Assembly: GCF_964355755.1 (NCBI RefSeq)
Contig: NC_092678.1
Location: 13,700,352-13,764,351 of the forward strand
Length of the DNA stretch: 64,000 bases
Reading direction: 5' to 3'
From: Antedon mediterranea
Taxonomy: Eukaryota > Animalia > Echinodermata
The notes below the pieces were generated by a model, which worked only from the letters and a program-made list of their open reading frames with translations, searched no databases and was not told the origin of the DNA. Made by a program: the position numbers and the translations under genes. Below, piece by piece: positions 25,401-38,104 of this stretch. Each line of letters begins with the position of its first letter. Within the stretch, counting starts at the first letter, position 1.

Positions 25401-28338
25401 TCAATCAACTATCTTTAGCATGAGTTGAAAATATTTTAATTTTTATGACGTCATCATGCCTAAAAATTTAAATTACGTGTGGCATTAATTTCATCTTTAC
25501 AGTAAATTTCAATCTGTTATAGCTCGTAAGAATAAAATGTGATAATCACGATTAAAACGTTTTCTTGAAGCTATTGGATTGTAGATACAAAATCATGTGA
25601 ACATTTTGCCAATCGGATGTGGTGACGTCATCATATGGCCAGTTAAATAAAAAAAGTCGTATTTTCATCTTTTGCGGCATAGTTCATTACATTTAAAAGA
25701 GCGCGCATTAATATTTCACGTATTCAAATTTCTTCTACACGTTAATATGTTGTTGCTGAGATAATTTCCTTCCAAAATTGCTACCTTCGCGTTTCATTTT
25801 AAAACCATCAACATGTTAAAAATTGCAATAAATAGCAGGTCCCGTAATTTCCCCTATTCTACACTGTATGTGATATGTATACAGATTACACTGTGTATAC
25901 TATATATGAATCAAAATAATAGAATTCAGCAATAACAACATATCATAGTCTTCAGTTCAGGTCATAATGCCATAATCTTTTTCCGTGTGCAATATTCCAA
26001 CGTATGGCGTGGACGTGGCGTTTGTCGTGCGGATAACTAACTCGTCAAAGTGACGAGTTTCATGTCTAGTTATGCTTTATGTCCTCTTGGCTGGCATAGC
26101 AGTAAATACAACTGTACTTTCCTGAAAGGAATACAATTCTGAAATTACAATTTGGTGAAATAAACATAACAAAAAAAAAAAACATAAACAAAATGTACTC
26201 ACCATTTGGCCCAATCAATCCATATAACCGGCAAAGGAAGTCATAATCCCCAAACACGAACAATCTGATTTTGTGGGTTCTGAAAAAAAATTACTTTTAC
26301 AGTATATATTAGACACAAAATTAACTATCTGTCATTAAAATCATTGCCAAATTACATGATAGTAGTTTATTCTTCTTTATACAGTAGGGTTTAAAAAAAT
26401 ATAAATCATGGTTTGATGATTGCATTAACTTACTGTTGTGTTGTTGGGGAAGTCCACTGACATCCTTCCAACTCCATTATTTCATCTAATATAAGGTCTA
26501 GTCCCTTCTCGATATTGACTGTCAAGTCTGGAGCCTCAAAGACAAGTACAACCATTATGTTGTACAAAGCATTTGGTTTCTCCAAACAACAAAGTTGGAG
26601 CTCGAATTTCGTTGAATTCCCACCTTTGTCCCCACCAAATTTAAAAAAATATCCCCATCATGGTAGTGCAACGGTTGTTCTGACCTAAATAAATAATTGT
26701 ATAAGTGAGAAATTTGGCATCTAAAATTGTATAAAGGTTACATAAAGATATAATACAGTACAATTGTTAACCATAATAGAATAATAATGAAATAAAGTTG
26801 AACTTACATGTCATACTGATTTAAGTAGTCGAACACCAACTGTTTTATGTTTGTCAACCTAACAACAGGTACCTCTTCCAGGACCAGGCCTCCAATTGAA
26901 GTTGCGCATTCTCTCTTCACAAACATATACTCTAAAGATTTAACTACTGTAAGTAGTCCCCAACTATCTTTTCTTGTACTGACCTCATTTCCCTCTCAGA
27001 TGCAAACAAGCCTGGGCAAAATCTAAAATATTTATAGAAAAATGTTTAAAATTGTGATTCAGCTACTAATTAAAAATATATTAATATACAGTAGTATGTG
27101 TAACAATTATTTTTTACATAATTCAAAGCTACTTTGGTTCAAAAGGATTTATTTAACACGCATTTCAGATTGCGGCCTGTATACAAATAGGTTTTGAACT
27201 TTCTATAATTAAAGTTGGGTAATTTTATTTGTAAACATACAGTACTGTACCTCCGTAATACTCTTTGCTGAGACCAATTATTAATCTTGCATGCATTCAT
27301 AATTGCAAGACATTTCATCCCATCCATTTGTTGTTGTTTAATTTCTGTTGTCACTACAGTTGTGGAGGCTTGTGATTTAGTAACCATCTTGAGTGGCTAG
27401 TTTATTATTAAAAAATTATGAATTAATATACAGAAGAAAATACTGTAGTAACATTTAGTGTATTAATTTTTGTAAAAATATTATAAGATGCATTTGATTT
27501 TAAAACAGAATTTAAATCTTACCCGCCCTTGAGTTTTTAAAGACATTTGCCCATTTGTCACATCTTTGTGTACCAGTTTATGAGCCAATTTTGTCAGTTC
27601 TGTGGGGTACACATTACTTGCAGCTGTAGTTTCTTCAATTTGATGCACAGCATTTTGAATAGTCATAAATGCCTGTTCTTTGTTGGTCTTACAACTATGG
27701 CCTACTGTTCCCATTAAACATAACTCTTCCTTGCATATGCGACATTTAAGTGAAACAGAAGATAATGAATGTTCTAAAATTGTTGGAATTTTGATCAAAT
27801 TATCTTTGTTAAAATTGAAGCCGCAAATAAAACAAGGAATTGATGGTTTCGAAAGGGCATTAAATAATTTGTTGACACAGAAGGTACAAAAGAAATGGGA
27901 ACAGGGTGTCTGGATGCTATCAAGTGACAACAGGTTGTTGCAAATATTGCACTGATAGATTTCATCAACTTGGTTAAAAATAACAAACTGCCGACTGACT
28001 GCAGGAAGTGGAGTGATATCTTTTGAAAATATACCACTCTTGCTTCTTAGATTAGAAGGCTTCGGTCTTGGGCCTGGTCTTTGCTGATTTGTATACAAGT
28101 AACAGGTTACACAATGATTTTCGCTATGCGATTGAAACTGAAAAGGTGTCAAAATATGTCCCTTACAAAATTTGGAATGGCAGGTTGAACATAGTGCTTT
28201 GGGAAGATTAATATTTTCAACGTCAAATGATTGTGGTGTGATTTTCATATTTTCTAAATTATATCTTTCATCATTACGTTTAATTTTTTTCCCACAACAG
28301 AAAAATATTGACGACAGCGCCTTTTCGTGAAACTCCAT
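22480..28338 (-). pseudogene. RAG1-like/Chapaev-type DDE transposase with N-terminal Zn domain and RING finger, 11 coding exons, ~899 aa, disrupted
   Basis: Phase-consistent GT-AG exons: 28338-27523, 27396-27251, 27022-26808, 26684-26434, 26279-26203, 26121-26072+24487-24341, 23909-23783, 23692-23487, 23403-23260, 23124-22917, 22790-22480. Motifs: Chapa-like H..CCG...PxxxCxxC...HxxxxCxxC, C3HC4 RING, KCLAI, GGDKGG, FGDYDFLCRLYG..G..GKYSCIYC, PALHISLG, FVGNH, KLHMLEHH, EQGGELIH. Lesions: 1-nt deletions near 26948 and 26645 and an insertion in exon 6. Confidence 0.9.
24488..26071 (+). mobile_element. Helentron-associated/DINE-like non-autonomous element inserted in exon 6 of the RAG1-like gene
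   Basis: 5' subTIR hairpin agttatccgc-actatg-gcggataact; 3' subTIR gcggataact plus stem-loop aactcgtca-aag-tgacgagtt and a CTAGT end; T-rich target. Removing it restores ...IKH|NKKP.... Related sequence at 61825-63010. Confidence 0.85.
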
Positions 28339-28975
28339 GATCTGCAAAACAAAAAAAATGTTGATATAGTCTTTGGCCTACAGTAATAGGCTATACAATG
28401 GTACATATTCAAAATGTAGGCCTACCTCAGTATAATAAATATTACCATACCAGCCTACTTGCAACATACAAAATAATTTATAAACATATAGATATATCAG
28501 AAAATTAACACTTTCAACTTTCGACAAGGTAGACTACAAAATAACTTAACAATCAATGCCTAGGCCTAGAGTTTAGGCCAGCATATTAGGTATGCTCGGC
28601 GCGGTCATCCCCGCGCCTCTAATTCGTGTGTACCCAACCGTTACACAGTTCGTTCGGAAAGAGAGGCGTACATTCGGGCGATTTATTCAATTTTTTTACC
28701 GTCACCTTTTTACCAAACCTAAACCTATTTATTTATATAATATTGATTTATCACATAGTAAATATAGTATTACTTAATAATTAGGATTGCAAACAAAATA
28801 AGTACAGATTCAAGGATAATTTTAATAACTTACGTTGTTTACAACTATGTGGCGCTGTTCATCGTTGTTATTGTTTTACTTCCGTATATGTAGTCGTTGA
28901 TTTATTTAGAAAAAATACACTTTATAATAATTTATTTAATATTTCACCCTAAATCTTAGGTAGAATGATTATTTT

Positions 28976-29893
28976 AGGCGCTAGTTCCGTTTCGCACCTG
29001 TCGTTTATTTCGACTCAAAATTGGTTAAGAAACTTTATCGTGAGTACCACACCTTAGAATTAGGCCTCAAAAATACTTTTACGAAGGAGATCACACAAAA
29101 AATAAAAAATAAATCCTTTAAATTGATGAATTTACAGACGTGTTTCTCGCACATCGGTTTGTGAATTTCGCATACTCCATGTTCAATGTTGTTGTTTCTA
29201 TGGAGCGCCAAAAGAGCAATCATAATAGAGGGCTAAAAACTCAGTAAATTGCGTATATTTAATGCATTTATTGGTGAAAATTACGTTCAATTTTATCATA
29301 CTTTGTCAATGTCAATGCAACAAAAATATTACTGTTGATACTGTACATGCTTTTTGCAGGAACTTTTATTTTAGGAATGAAAATCGACAAATGCATCATC
29401 ATATTACATGTACTGCTGTAGGGGGTATACCTGATCTAAATAATATTCCTCTTAGTCTATAGCCTAGTCTTGCTCTTAGTTAGGCCTAGGGTTGGTTGCT
29501 ATTTGAAAACAGCAAATTATTAGCAGTAAAATGTTACAGCATTTTTATTGACAAAATATATTAAAATTAAACGTGTATTTCAATAATAAATGCATTAAAA
29601 GAAGACGCATTCCACTGAGTTTTTAACCATCTATTGTTGTTGCTGTTTTGGCGCTCCATAGAAACGAAAATATTGAACTTCGAGTATGCTAAATTCGCGA
29701 ACGGTATGCCAGCAGAATCATGTCTGTAAAATCATCAATTTAAGGATTTATTTGTTACTTTTTATGTGATTCTTCTTCATAAAAGTACTTATGAGGCCCA
29801 ATTTTAAGGTGTGGTATTCACAATAAGTTGCTTAACAATTTGGAGTCAAAAGGAAGTCGAAATAAAAACAGGTGCGAAACGGAACTAGCGCCT
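28976..29893. mobile_element. MITE with ~280-bp TIRs (Kolobok-like AGG...CCT ends)
   Basis: aggcgctagttccgtttcgcacctg / caggtgcgaaacggaactagcgcct. The flanks TTTT/TATT are not a clean TTAA, so the superfamily is tentative. Confidence 0.8.
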
Positions 29894-32824
29894 TATTTTA
29901 TAATAACATGTATGAATACGCTAATCAAAATGTTTATATATGATGTTTACACTTCGACGATAAAAGTGTTATCATAATCGCCGATTTCGTTGACAGTCGG
30001 AAAGCCGCGTTGGTAACGCATCACTGATTTCATTCATTGTGAGGGCGCGCTTCGTGGAAAATGTGGGAATTTTTGCTATTTTATTACACTTCAAAAAAGG
30101 TATAATTTTGATATTAGATGAAATCAATAAACGTATTTCAATAGTTGAACTAAAAGCGTAAATAATGATAAAAACTGTCATCTAAATTCTACATTTTTTT
30201 TGTTTCGAGAAATATCATTATTTTATGTGTAAACTTTTTTACTTATATTTTTTTTTAAATGATGGTAAAAAATTATTAAATTTCATATTTTCTAGATAAG
30301 GTTTCAAAGCGAATTTAAAATCTTTCCAAGATAAACTAATAAGCTATCAATTAAAATTAAAATCTAATTTTAAGCTTTCTTGGGATGCAACTCCCACTAA
30401 TCAAACCAAACCTACTACATTTCTGTTCTGTTTCGATCGAAAAATCGCCATTTTGAATCTTTGTTTACGTTTTTACGAACCTGGTACGAATCGTCCCGAA
30501 CCGAACCGTCTCCCTGTTAAATCGGTTCAATCCGGTTGTTGATGAAAACGTAGGCCTAGGCCTATATAAAAAAAGTTGGTTTATTATTATTTACATATTT
30601 TGTCTCTGAGTACTAGTAGGGTAGCCAAATGAATCGGATACAATGTGCAATTCACAACAATAGACACACAAATACTGAGCCATTTTCTGATTTTTATTGA
30701 TATTTTTGCACTTAATCATTGCACTTAATCATTAAAATAAAGTTCAAATTCAAACAATTTTTAATTCCGATAACATACAAAAGTTCTTTTTGTAGCACTT
30801 TGGCCATCTGAAATAACTACAGTAACCTTAATCATCACTATAAATGATTACACTTGAAAACATTTTAATTAAGTATAATTAGATTAGCACATTTAACCAA
30901 TACTATTAGTCTCTTTTTTTTTTATAATGCACCTTATGATCACTCCTTATGATATGCCAGGCTTACTGCACATTATAAACCTTTCAGTTAAATTACAATA
31001 ACGAATACACACATATAATAAATATTAAATACTGTTACTCTAGCATAACTTAGCAGTTTTTTATAGCACATTTTGCACTTTTCATTGAATGAGAAAAAGC
31101 CAGTTGCATTTCCAATATAAATATTATTTTAACACACTATAACAATTAACTAGGTCTACTAATAATAGTATCTCTAGAAAATTCCATAAATAACTATTAA
31201 ACAACTACTATAACTACACGAATTCCATAACTTACGATAATTTTTTTTTTAAAAACACCTTCTTGTACTTGAATTAACCAACTAAAAAAACAACTACTTA
31301 ATAAAAAAAATGCCACCATTTAATGCAAGTAAATATGTTTACACATTATAAATGGTTAATGGACGATTTTTACTAAGTATTAAATGAGTACATTCAAACC
31401 AATACTATCCTACACTATAATTACTCTTTTTGATATAGCACCTTTTATACCTTTGAGTTCAGTGACGAATACACATATAAAATACTGTAACTTGGTTCTT
31501 ATAGCAGGCATCGGAAATAATAATTATTTTTAATATACAAGTACTGTATACATTGCATTCAACCAATATCAATATTAAATACTTTATGTTAAACTTGTTT
31601 TTGTTATAGCACCTTATGCATCTGGATTAATAGTTGTTTTTGTACTTTGTTAGGTGAAAACACTGAGTCAATATAAATATTAATACTATTAAATAATATC
31701 TCTAGAAAATTCCATAAATAACTATATAATTTGTTTTTAATAACCATGTACCTGAATTAACCAACATAAAAAAAAAAACAATGAACCAACTACTTATAAT
31801 AAAAAATGCCAGTTGCATAATATGATTTTCTATATAAAAATGTTGCACAAAGTACTGTGTAGTGCAAAAACCATAATACAATCTATTTAACCTTCATCAA
31901 GATGATTTCCTTTGATATAAATATATACCTTGAAAAATGAGAATTTGATATTTAATTGTTACTGTAAACCGAATAACTGAGATGTAAAGAAAGTCTAAGT
32001 AAAGTCGGAGTTGAAATTATTGTCACTATAACAAAACATATCTCCTCAGAAAACAATTAAACCTGAATACCTGCATCAATATTAAACACAAACACCTTAT
32101 AACACAAAATACTGTGTATGTATTAATTACAATGAGCAAATAATACTCTTTCCTTTAACGTAGATTTACAGATCATAATGCACTTCATGACAAAACCATA
32201 TCAAATTCAATATTGTAGACATATACTGTACTTATTGCTAAAAATAAAATAGTATGCTGAGAAATATAAATGTTTACAGTATTAGATAATATGGAAATTT
32301 AAGTGGAATGTAAAAAGTAAGGTTTGGAAAATTGACAGCAATGATATTAGGGAAGGAATGTTAGTGAGATACCATTGTGGTCGGTCATGGGCAGGATGGT
32401 TTTGGGTGACAAAGAAGGAGCAAAACTAAATAATGAAAATTGAGCGAATACTGGTTATTTAAATATTTTAAATCATTGTCACTGTGACAAAACCTATCTC
32501 TTCAAGAAATGATTCAATCTGAATACCTGTATTATACTGTATAGGGGTTTTGTGTAAAGGAAGTGCAGTAATGAAACGGCAGATACAAATTACAATAACT
32601 GTTTTATTGCATAAACTGAAAGACCACCGTAAACCGATATAAAAAGGATTTACAAATTTACAACATATATTAATTGCGAGAAAAATGTGTATTCCTCTCC
32701 AGAAAGACAAGCTCGACCAATCTGTGGAAATGTACCAAGACTAGAAAACTGTGCAAGAGACAACTAACCATTACATACAAAGAAAACGAAAAAGAACAAC
32801 AATTTTCAATCATTGTCACCATGA

Positions 32825-35800
32825 CTAAAAACGTTCTGTTACAATCCTGAACATTTCTTCCAGTTCCTCTATTTCTATATCAGATTCATCATCTATGTCA
32901 TAATCAACATCACTGTTTTCATCCTCATTTTGAATTACTACATCTGCTACCTCTTTAGAGCATTCATCTACCTGGATACTAGCACCATGAATATTTAGAC
33001 AGCCTACACATTTGCAACTTACACCACAATTTCTACCTGCTTTCAAACATGAACATTGTTTCCTTTTACATCCTGACTTACAAGAACAACCCTTTTTCAG
33101 AAATTTTGCTTCCTCTCTGACTTTTTTCAATTATCCTCACTATCCCAAACAATGTTTACTTTATTATCAACTGTACTCCATCCATAATCATTCATGTTGA
33201 GAAGCTCAACAAAACCATTACTTGCTTGAGACCACATCTGAACCACATAACATGAACGGTACCAGTGAAATTTTAAAGCATCATCTGAAGGAATCATAAG
33301 CTCTTCCAGACCGACCCTACAATCTATAGCATCACGTAACCTCTTCATGAACACTGAATGAATTTTAACATCAGAAAGACCTGATTTTAATCCTTCAACT
33401 TTGACTTCATTAAAAACCTGCTCTACTGTACATCCATAAAATGCATTGTGATGTTTCTTGTGATACACACAAGCAACCAGCCTTAAGAAAGCTAAATAAC
33501 CTTCATCCCTGTCACATGTTGCTATCTGGTTAAGTTTACCTGTAAGAGAGCTACCTGTAATAAATTTACAATTTTCAAAAAAGGCGTTCATGAATGTCTT
33601 TTTGGAATGAGACCTAAAAAAGGAAACAAAGTCACATCCACTGCACACAAACAGCATCTGTAAAAGATTAGGGATTTCGTCTTTGTAATTGTTCAGTTTA
33701 TCCAACTGAGCATCAACCTGTAGGTGTGATAAAAATGAATTAATATTCATAAACAAATTGTCACCTCTTTTAGCTCGTAGTTGGATGCTGACGTTCTTCC
33801 CATGCATATGTTTCATAACAGGCAACCCAATGTGAATAATGTCTCTGTCAGGACTAAAAATGATTACATTAGCACAAGAAGTTTGACGACAATGGAACCA
33901 AACACGGGAATCTCCTTCCTCATGATTTGATCTGTAATTTGGAGCCTCTTCTGTGGAACCTAAACGCGATATAAATGCTTTGTCGGTAGCATCATCATCA
34001 AACCCACCTGCTGTGATAAGTAATTGTCCAATCTTCAAATCCTGCTTTGCTTTAGAAAGGAAAAATGAAGATAATGTGTTAACTAACTTGCGTTTATTGG
34101 TCCTATCACCTAAAAATAATGCCCACTGCTTTGGAATCTTGGAATTCACATCAACTGAAATTGAAACTGATTTGTTATTACAGTGTTTTTCATCCCTTCT
34201 TGATCTTTCTAGATCTTTTGGGCTTAGCCCATGCCTTCCTGGATGATCAAAGATGATATGAACTTCAGCAGCTCTATAATCTCTAAATGGTTTAAGCACC
34301 CATTGTCTGTAAAGATGGTTGTAGAAATCAATAAATTTATCATGATTTGGCAATGGTCGGTGTTCATGGATGATAATCATTCCTTCTGCGATGTATGCAG
34401 TTTGGTCATCTTTCTGAGGATAAACATCAGTAAATGAGTCTGGATATTTAGTCTGATATACAGCAGAAGACATGGCTTTGTTAGATTTAAACGGTAGACC
34501 ATCCTCTGTGCAAAGTGCCTTTGGGAGAGGAACACATTGATTATGTACATTGTCTTCATTATTTGAAGCACAAAGATTGGCAAACCTTAGTTTCATTATT
34601 TTCAGTTGAAGTTCTGTGTCTTTTAGCTTTGTTTTTTGCCTCGACACTGTTTGTTTTGGAGGAGTAAAAGTACAGATGTTGTGTCTTCTCCTAACAGGTC
34701 GTTTTGAAGATGGCAGTGACAGAACAACAAATTTAACAAAAGAAATAAAACTTTCTTTTCCTACCTCATAAAAGGAAGTTAAATCTGTGTTTGCCTTCAA
34801 GGATGCTGACTCGTTTGTAAATAAATGCTGAATGTTTGTTTTGTTACCTGAAACTAGAGAAGATGTTTTGTTAATTTCAGATAGCATTAGTTGGACATTC
34901 TGTTCTTGGTATTTTATCACTGATGATGATAAAAACGGTTCATTAGAAGAAGTTGACTTTCTGTTTGTAATAGAATTGAGATTAGCAATAGCTTTTGTTC
35001 TATGAGGCAAATAGTGTAAAAGCTTTGATAAATAATCCTCGTCAGAGTTTGTCATGGCCATCTTGATATTTTTGTTAATGATCATCTCGTGTGCTTCGTC
35101 AACTCCAACACATGACCAATTGGTACCTGTTATACTGGCAACAAAAGCACCTTTACCAAAAAAGTCCACTACCTCTGCTGGAAATCTCTTTAAATCTGCA
35201 ATGTGAAAAGGGATTATTCGCAAATAATTCTGCCGGTCTAGTGCATGGAACATTGGAGCCATTTGCAAAACTGAAGCATTTCTTAAGTCAAAATCACGAC
35301 CACGTAGTGATAGATATAAAGAAATGTAATGGAACATGTCCCTGTGGATAAAATTGTGCCAAAATCTATAGGTAGCATTATTGGCACAATGTCTGTCAGT
35401 GTATTTTTTAAACTGTTCCTGAAATTCTGCTATAGCTGTATGGGAATTAAGTAAATGAATATCATGGTTAGATATACAATCAGTAGCATTGTCCTGCAAA
35501 TTATCAAAAGTAACACTAGTTACAAAACTTTCGATTGTATGCCTGGTGGTTTCAGAACAAGTCAACAGATATTGAGCAACTTCAAACCTATAAAAACATT
35601 CCCACACTTGCAACAGAAATTGGTGGGTTGCATCAAAACCAGTAGCATTAGCTACCGATGCAAACTTTGCTCCCTGATAGCCACACCTTTCTAACAAAGT
35701 TTTTAGTCCAGCATCTAAGTAAACTTTCATCAGAGGTGCCTGATAGTTTTTTAGGAGATGCCAATCACCAATGTATGGGAGAACCCAAGCCAGTTCATCA

Positions 35801-38104
35801 CCATATATTGACTTTAGGTTCCATACAATGTCCCAAGTCTTGAAATCGCCAGCAACAACAAGGTATTTACACGAGTCACCAACACCAAACCTATCATACA
35901 ATTGCCACAGAATATTAAAAATGGTATCCTTATTGTCTGCAGGTAAAACATTGACAGAGACAAAGTGAAACTTTGAAATTTCTGTTAATTTAGATGAACT
36001 TGATGCATATGATGTCCCCTTAATACCTGGCAAAGAAATATCAGGCTGTGATTTATTGTTGATAACCTTTGATAAAACATACCTAAACAGGAAATCCCCT
36101 GTCCTTTCAAGTGCCTGAGTTTCTGTAATAGATGGTTTAAAATCATCTAAGTTAAGAGGCAATTTATTAGGAAGCTGTGGGAGAACCTCACCTGGCTGGT
36201 AATTTGAACTATGATAGTCTGCTACTAATGCAGGTTCAAGTTTCCTATGCCTACTGTAGGTTTTTGACGCATTAGCTGTACTGGTTGTGGGTATTTCATT
36301 CTCAGATTCTGAAATCAAAACTGTTTCATTGGTTAACTTTGCTGTGAAAGGAAGAGGCTCAACAGCCTGTACAGATGTTCCATTAAAACCTCTGGCTTTA
36401 TCATTAGCACGTACAGCAGCATACTTGGCTTGCTTATTTACGTTATCAATAGAAATAATTGGAAATGATTCTGTAACAATTTTCTCCTTAGACCTTATCT
36501 CTGCTTCAGCAATAGCAACTTGATACCTAAGTGTAGTAGACTTTGATGTACATATCCCAAATTGGGACAATTCGGTTAAACATTCTGTGGAAGAATGAGA
36601 GAACCTGTCAATGATATCAGAAATCAGAAGATGATATGGCTTGTAAGCCTCATTATTCATTAGAAACATAAGGCAACACATGATATTCATCCTTTTCAAC
36701 AGTCTAGTGTGGTTCATCTGAGCATTTTCATGTGTTTTCATACAATGTGTTGCCCAGTTGAAGTTAATACCTGCTTTACAAACCACTGTCTTTTCAACAT
36801 CAGTTAGGGTCATTCTAGTAAGGAAATTCCAAATAAATGGATCAAACATCTCAATTAATGCTAATGGTTTAAATTTGTCAATGGTTATTGAACAACCTGT
36901 AAAAGACTTTCCCATCAACCATAATTTGTCACGCAAGTTATCAACAGTAGAATCATTTAAGTTACCAATTGCATCTAAGGACTTCTTTCTGAGCTTTTCT
37001 TCTAAAGCTTCACATTTGTTATTGCTCTTTTCTAAGTGTTCCTCTAGAGACTTAATACTTTTCCTACATTCAAACAAAGAAACCAAAAGACAAAGTTCAA
37101 TGTTTGAGTTCTTTCGTCTATAAATCATTCCTAGGCGCTCTCTACCAGTATCACTTCCAGTAAAAGTGATGACATTGGCCAATTAATGCATTTATCCGCC
37201 TTTTGAGTAAGGCCTTGATATTTTTCTCTGAAATCAAATGATCATTATTATGGTTAACACAATTGGTTACATCAAATTGACTGTAAACCTGTAAATAATA
37301 ACGATAAACAGTGTCAAATAGAATAGCTTTATCGGAAAGAAGTTCATCCCCTAAAAAGACGACAGTTTTTTGTAAAGAGTTGTTAATACAATCTCTACTG
37401 TCTGCCTCCTCTATAACACCAGATAGTAACCTCTTTAAGTATTTTTTCTTTCCATACTCTCTGTTGGAAAATTCATCTGCTTTACAGAACTTTTCAAATG
37501 CAAGATAGCATTTCAAACATAAAATTGTTTTCTGAAAGTCAAAGGCTGCTGTTAAAAGAGATTTGTACTGAAAAAATTCTTCTAGGGCAGAGGTATCCTT
37601 AATATTACTACGATATCTGTGGTCACTAATTCGACTGCATGCATCACAACTAACAAGCGGATTTAAAAATCTATGATATTCATTGTAATGGATTTTGCAA
37701 AAATTAAAATTACCATTAGACATTGTAACTATTGTTCCCTCTTCAAAATCTATTCCAAAACAATTCCTAACGGAAGATTCGTCCCCTTTTTGTGTACTAT
37801 GTATACTTGTATCTTTGGAATTACAATTAGGTAAAATACACTGTTTCAAACAAGCATTAAGCTTAGGCTTTTTTAATGGAGGTGGCTCATCTGAGTTCCA
37901 TTTTCGAACACAGTTCCAACATATACAGTCAAGCTCACTAATATCTTTACAATACATTGTTATATGTTTAACTGCAACCTCATGTTGTGGTTGCTTTGCC
38001 TTAATATGCCAATATTTTTCCTTACTGTCAGATTTACCACACAACTTACATGGTCCACTTTCTTTGAATGGATGTATAATTTGACATTGCTTAGGCGGAG
38101 CCAT
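32825..38104 (-). CDS. AcademX-type protein: Cys-rich N-terminus, Academ DDE transposase, XPG/FEN-like nuclease and Cys8 (CXC) finger, ~1760 aa, two frameshifts
   Basis: Three overlapping ORFs (37151-38161, 33127-37182, 32825-33130). Transposase motifs SIDNVN, VAGDFKT, GDWHLLKN, DEAHEM. Nuclease motifs IAEGM, IFDH, NHEEGDSR, SPDRD, SGCDFVSFF. C-terminal CSCKSGCKRKQCSCLKAGRNCGVSCKCVGC. Likely ATG at 38104. Confidence 0.85.

Noticed and set aside
20116-32800. RAG2-like (Kelch/PHD) partner gene, as in ProtoRAG
   Set aside because: No Kelch-like or sufficiently long ORF downstream or upstream of the RAG1-like gene. A highly spliced or divergent gene cannot be fully excluded.
33953-38084. Several plus-strand ORFs of 60-130 aa
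   Set aside because: Antisense shadows of the Academ coding sequence.
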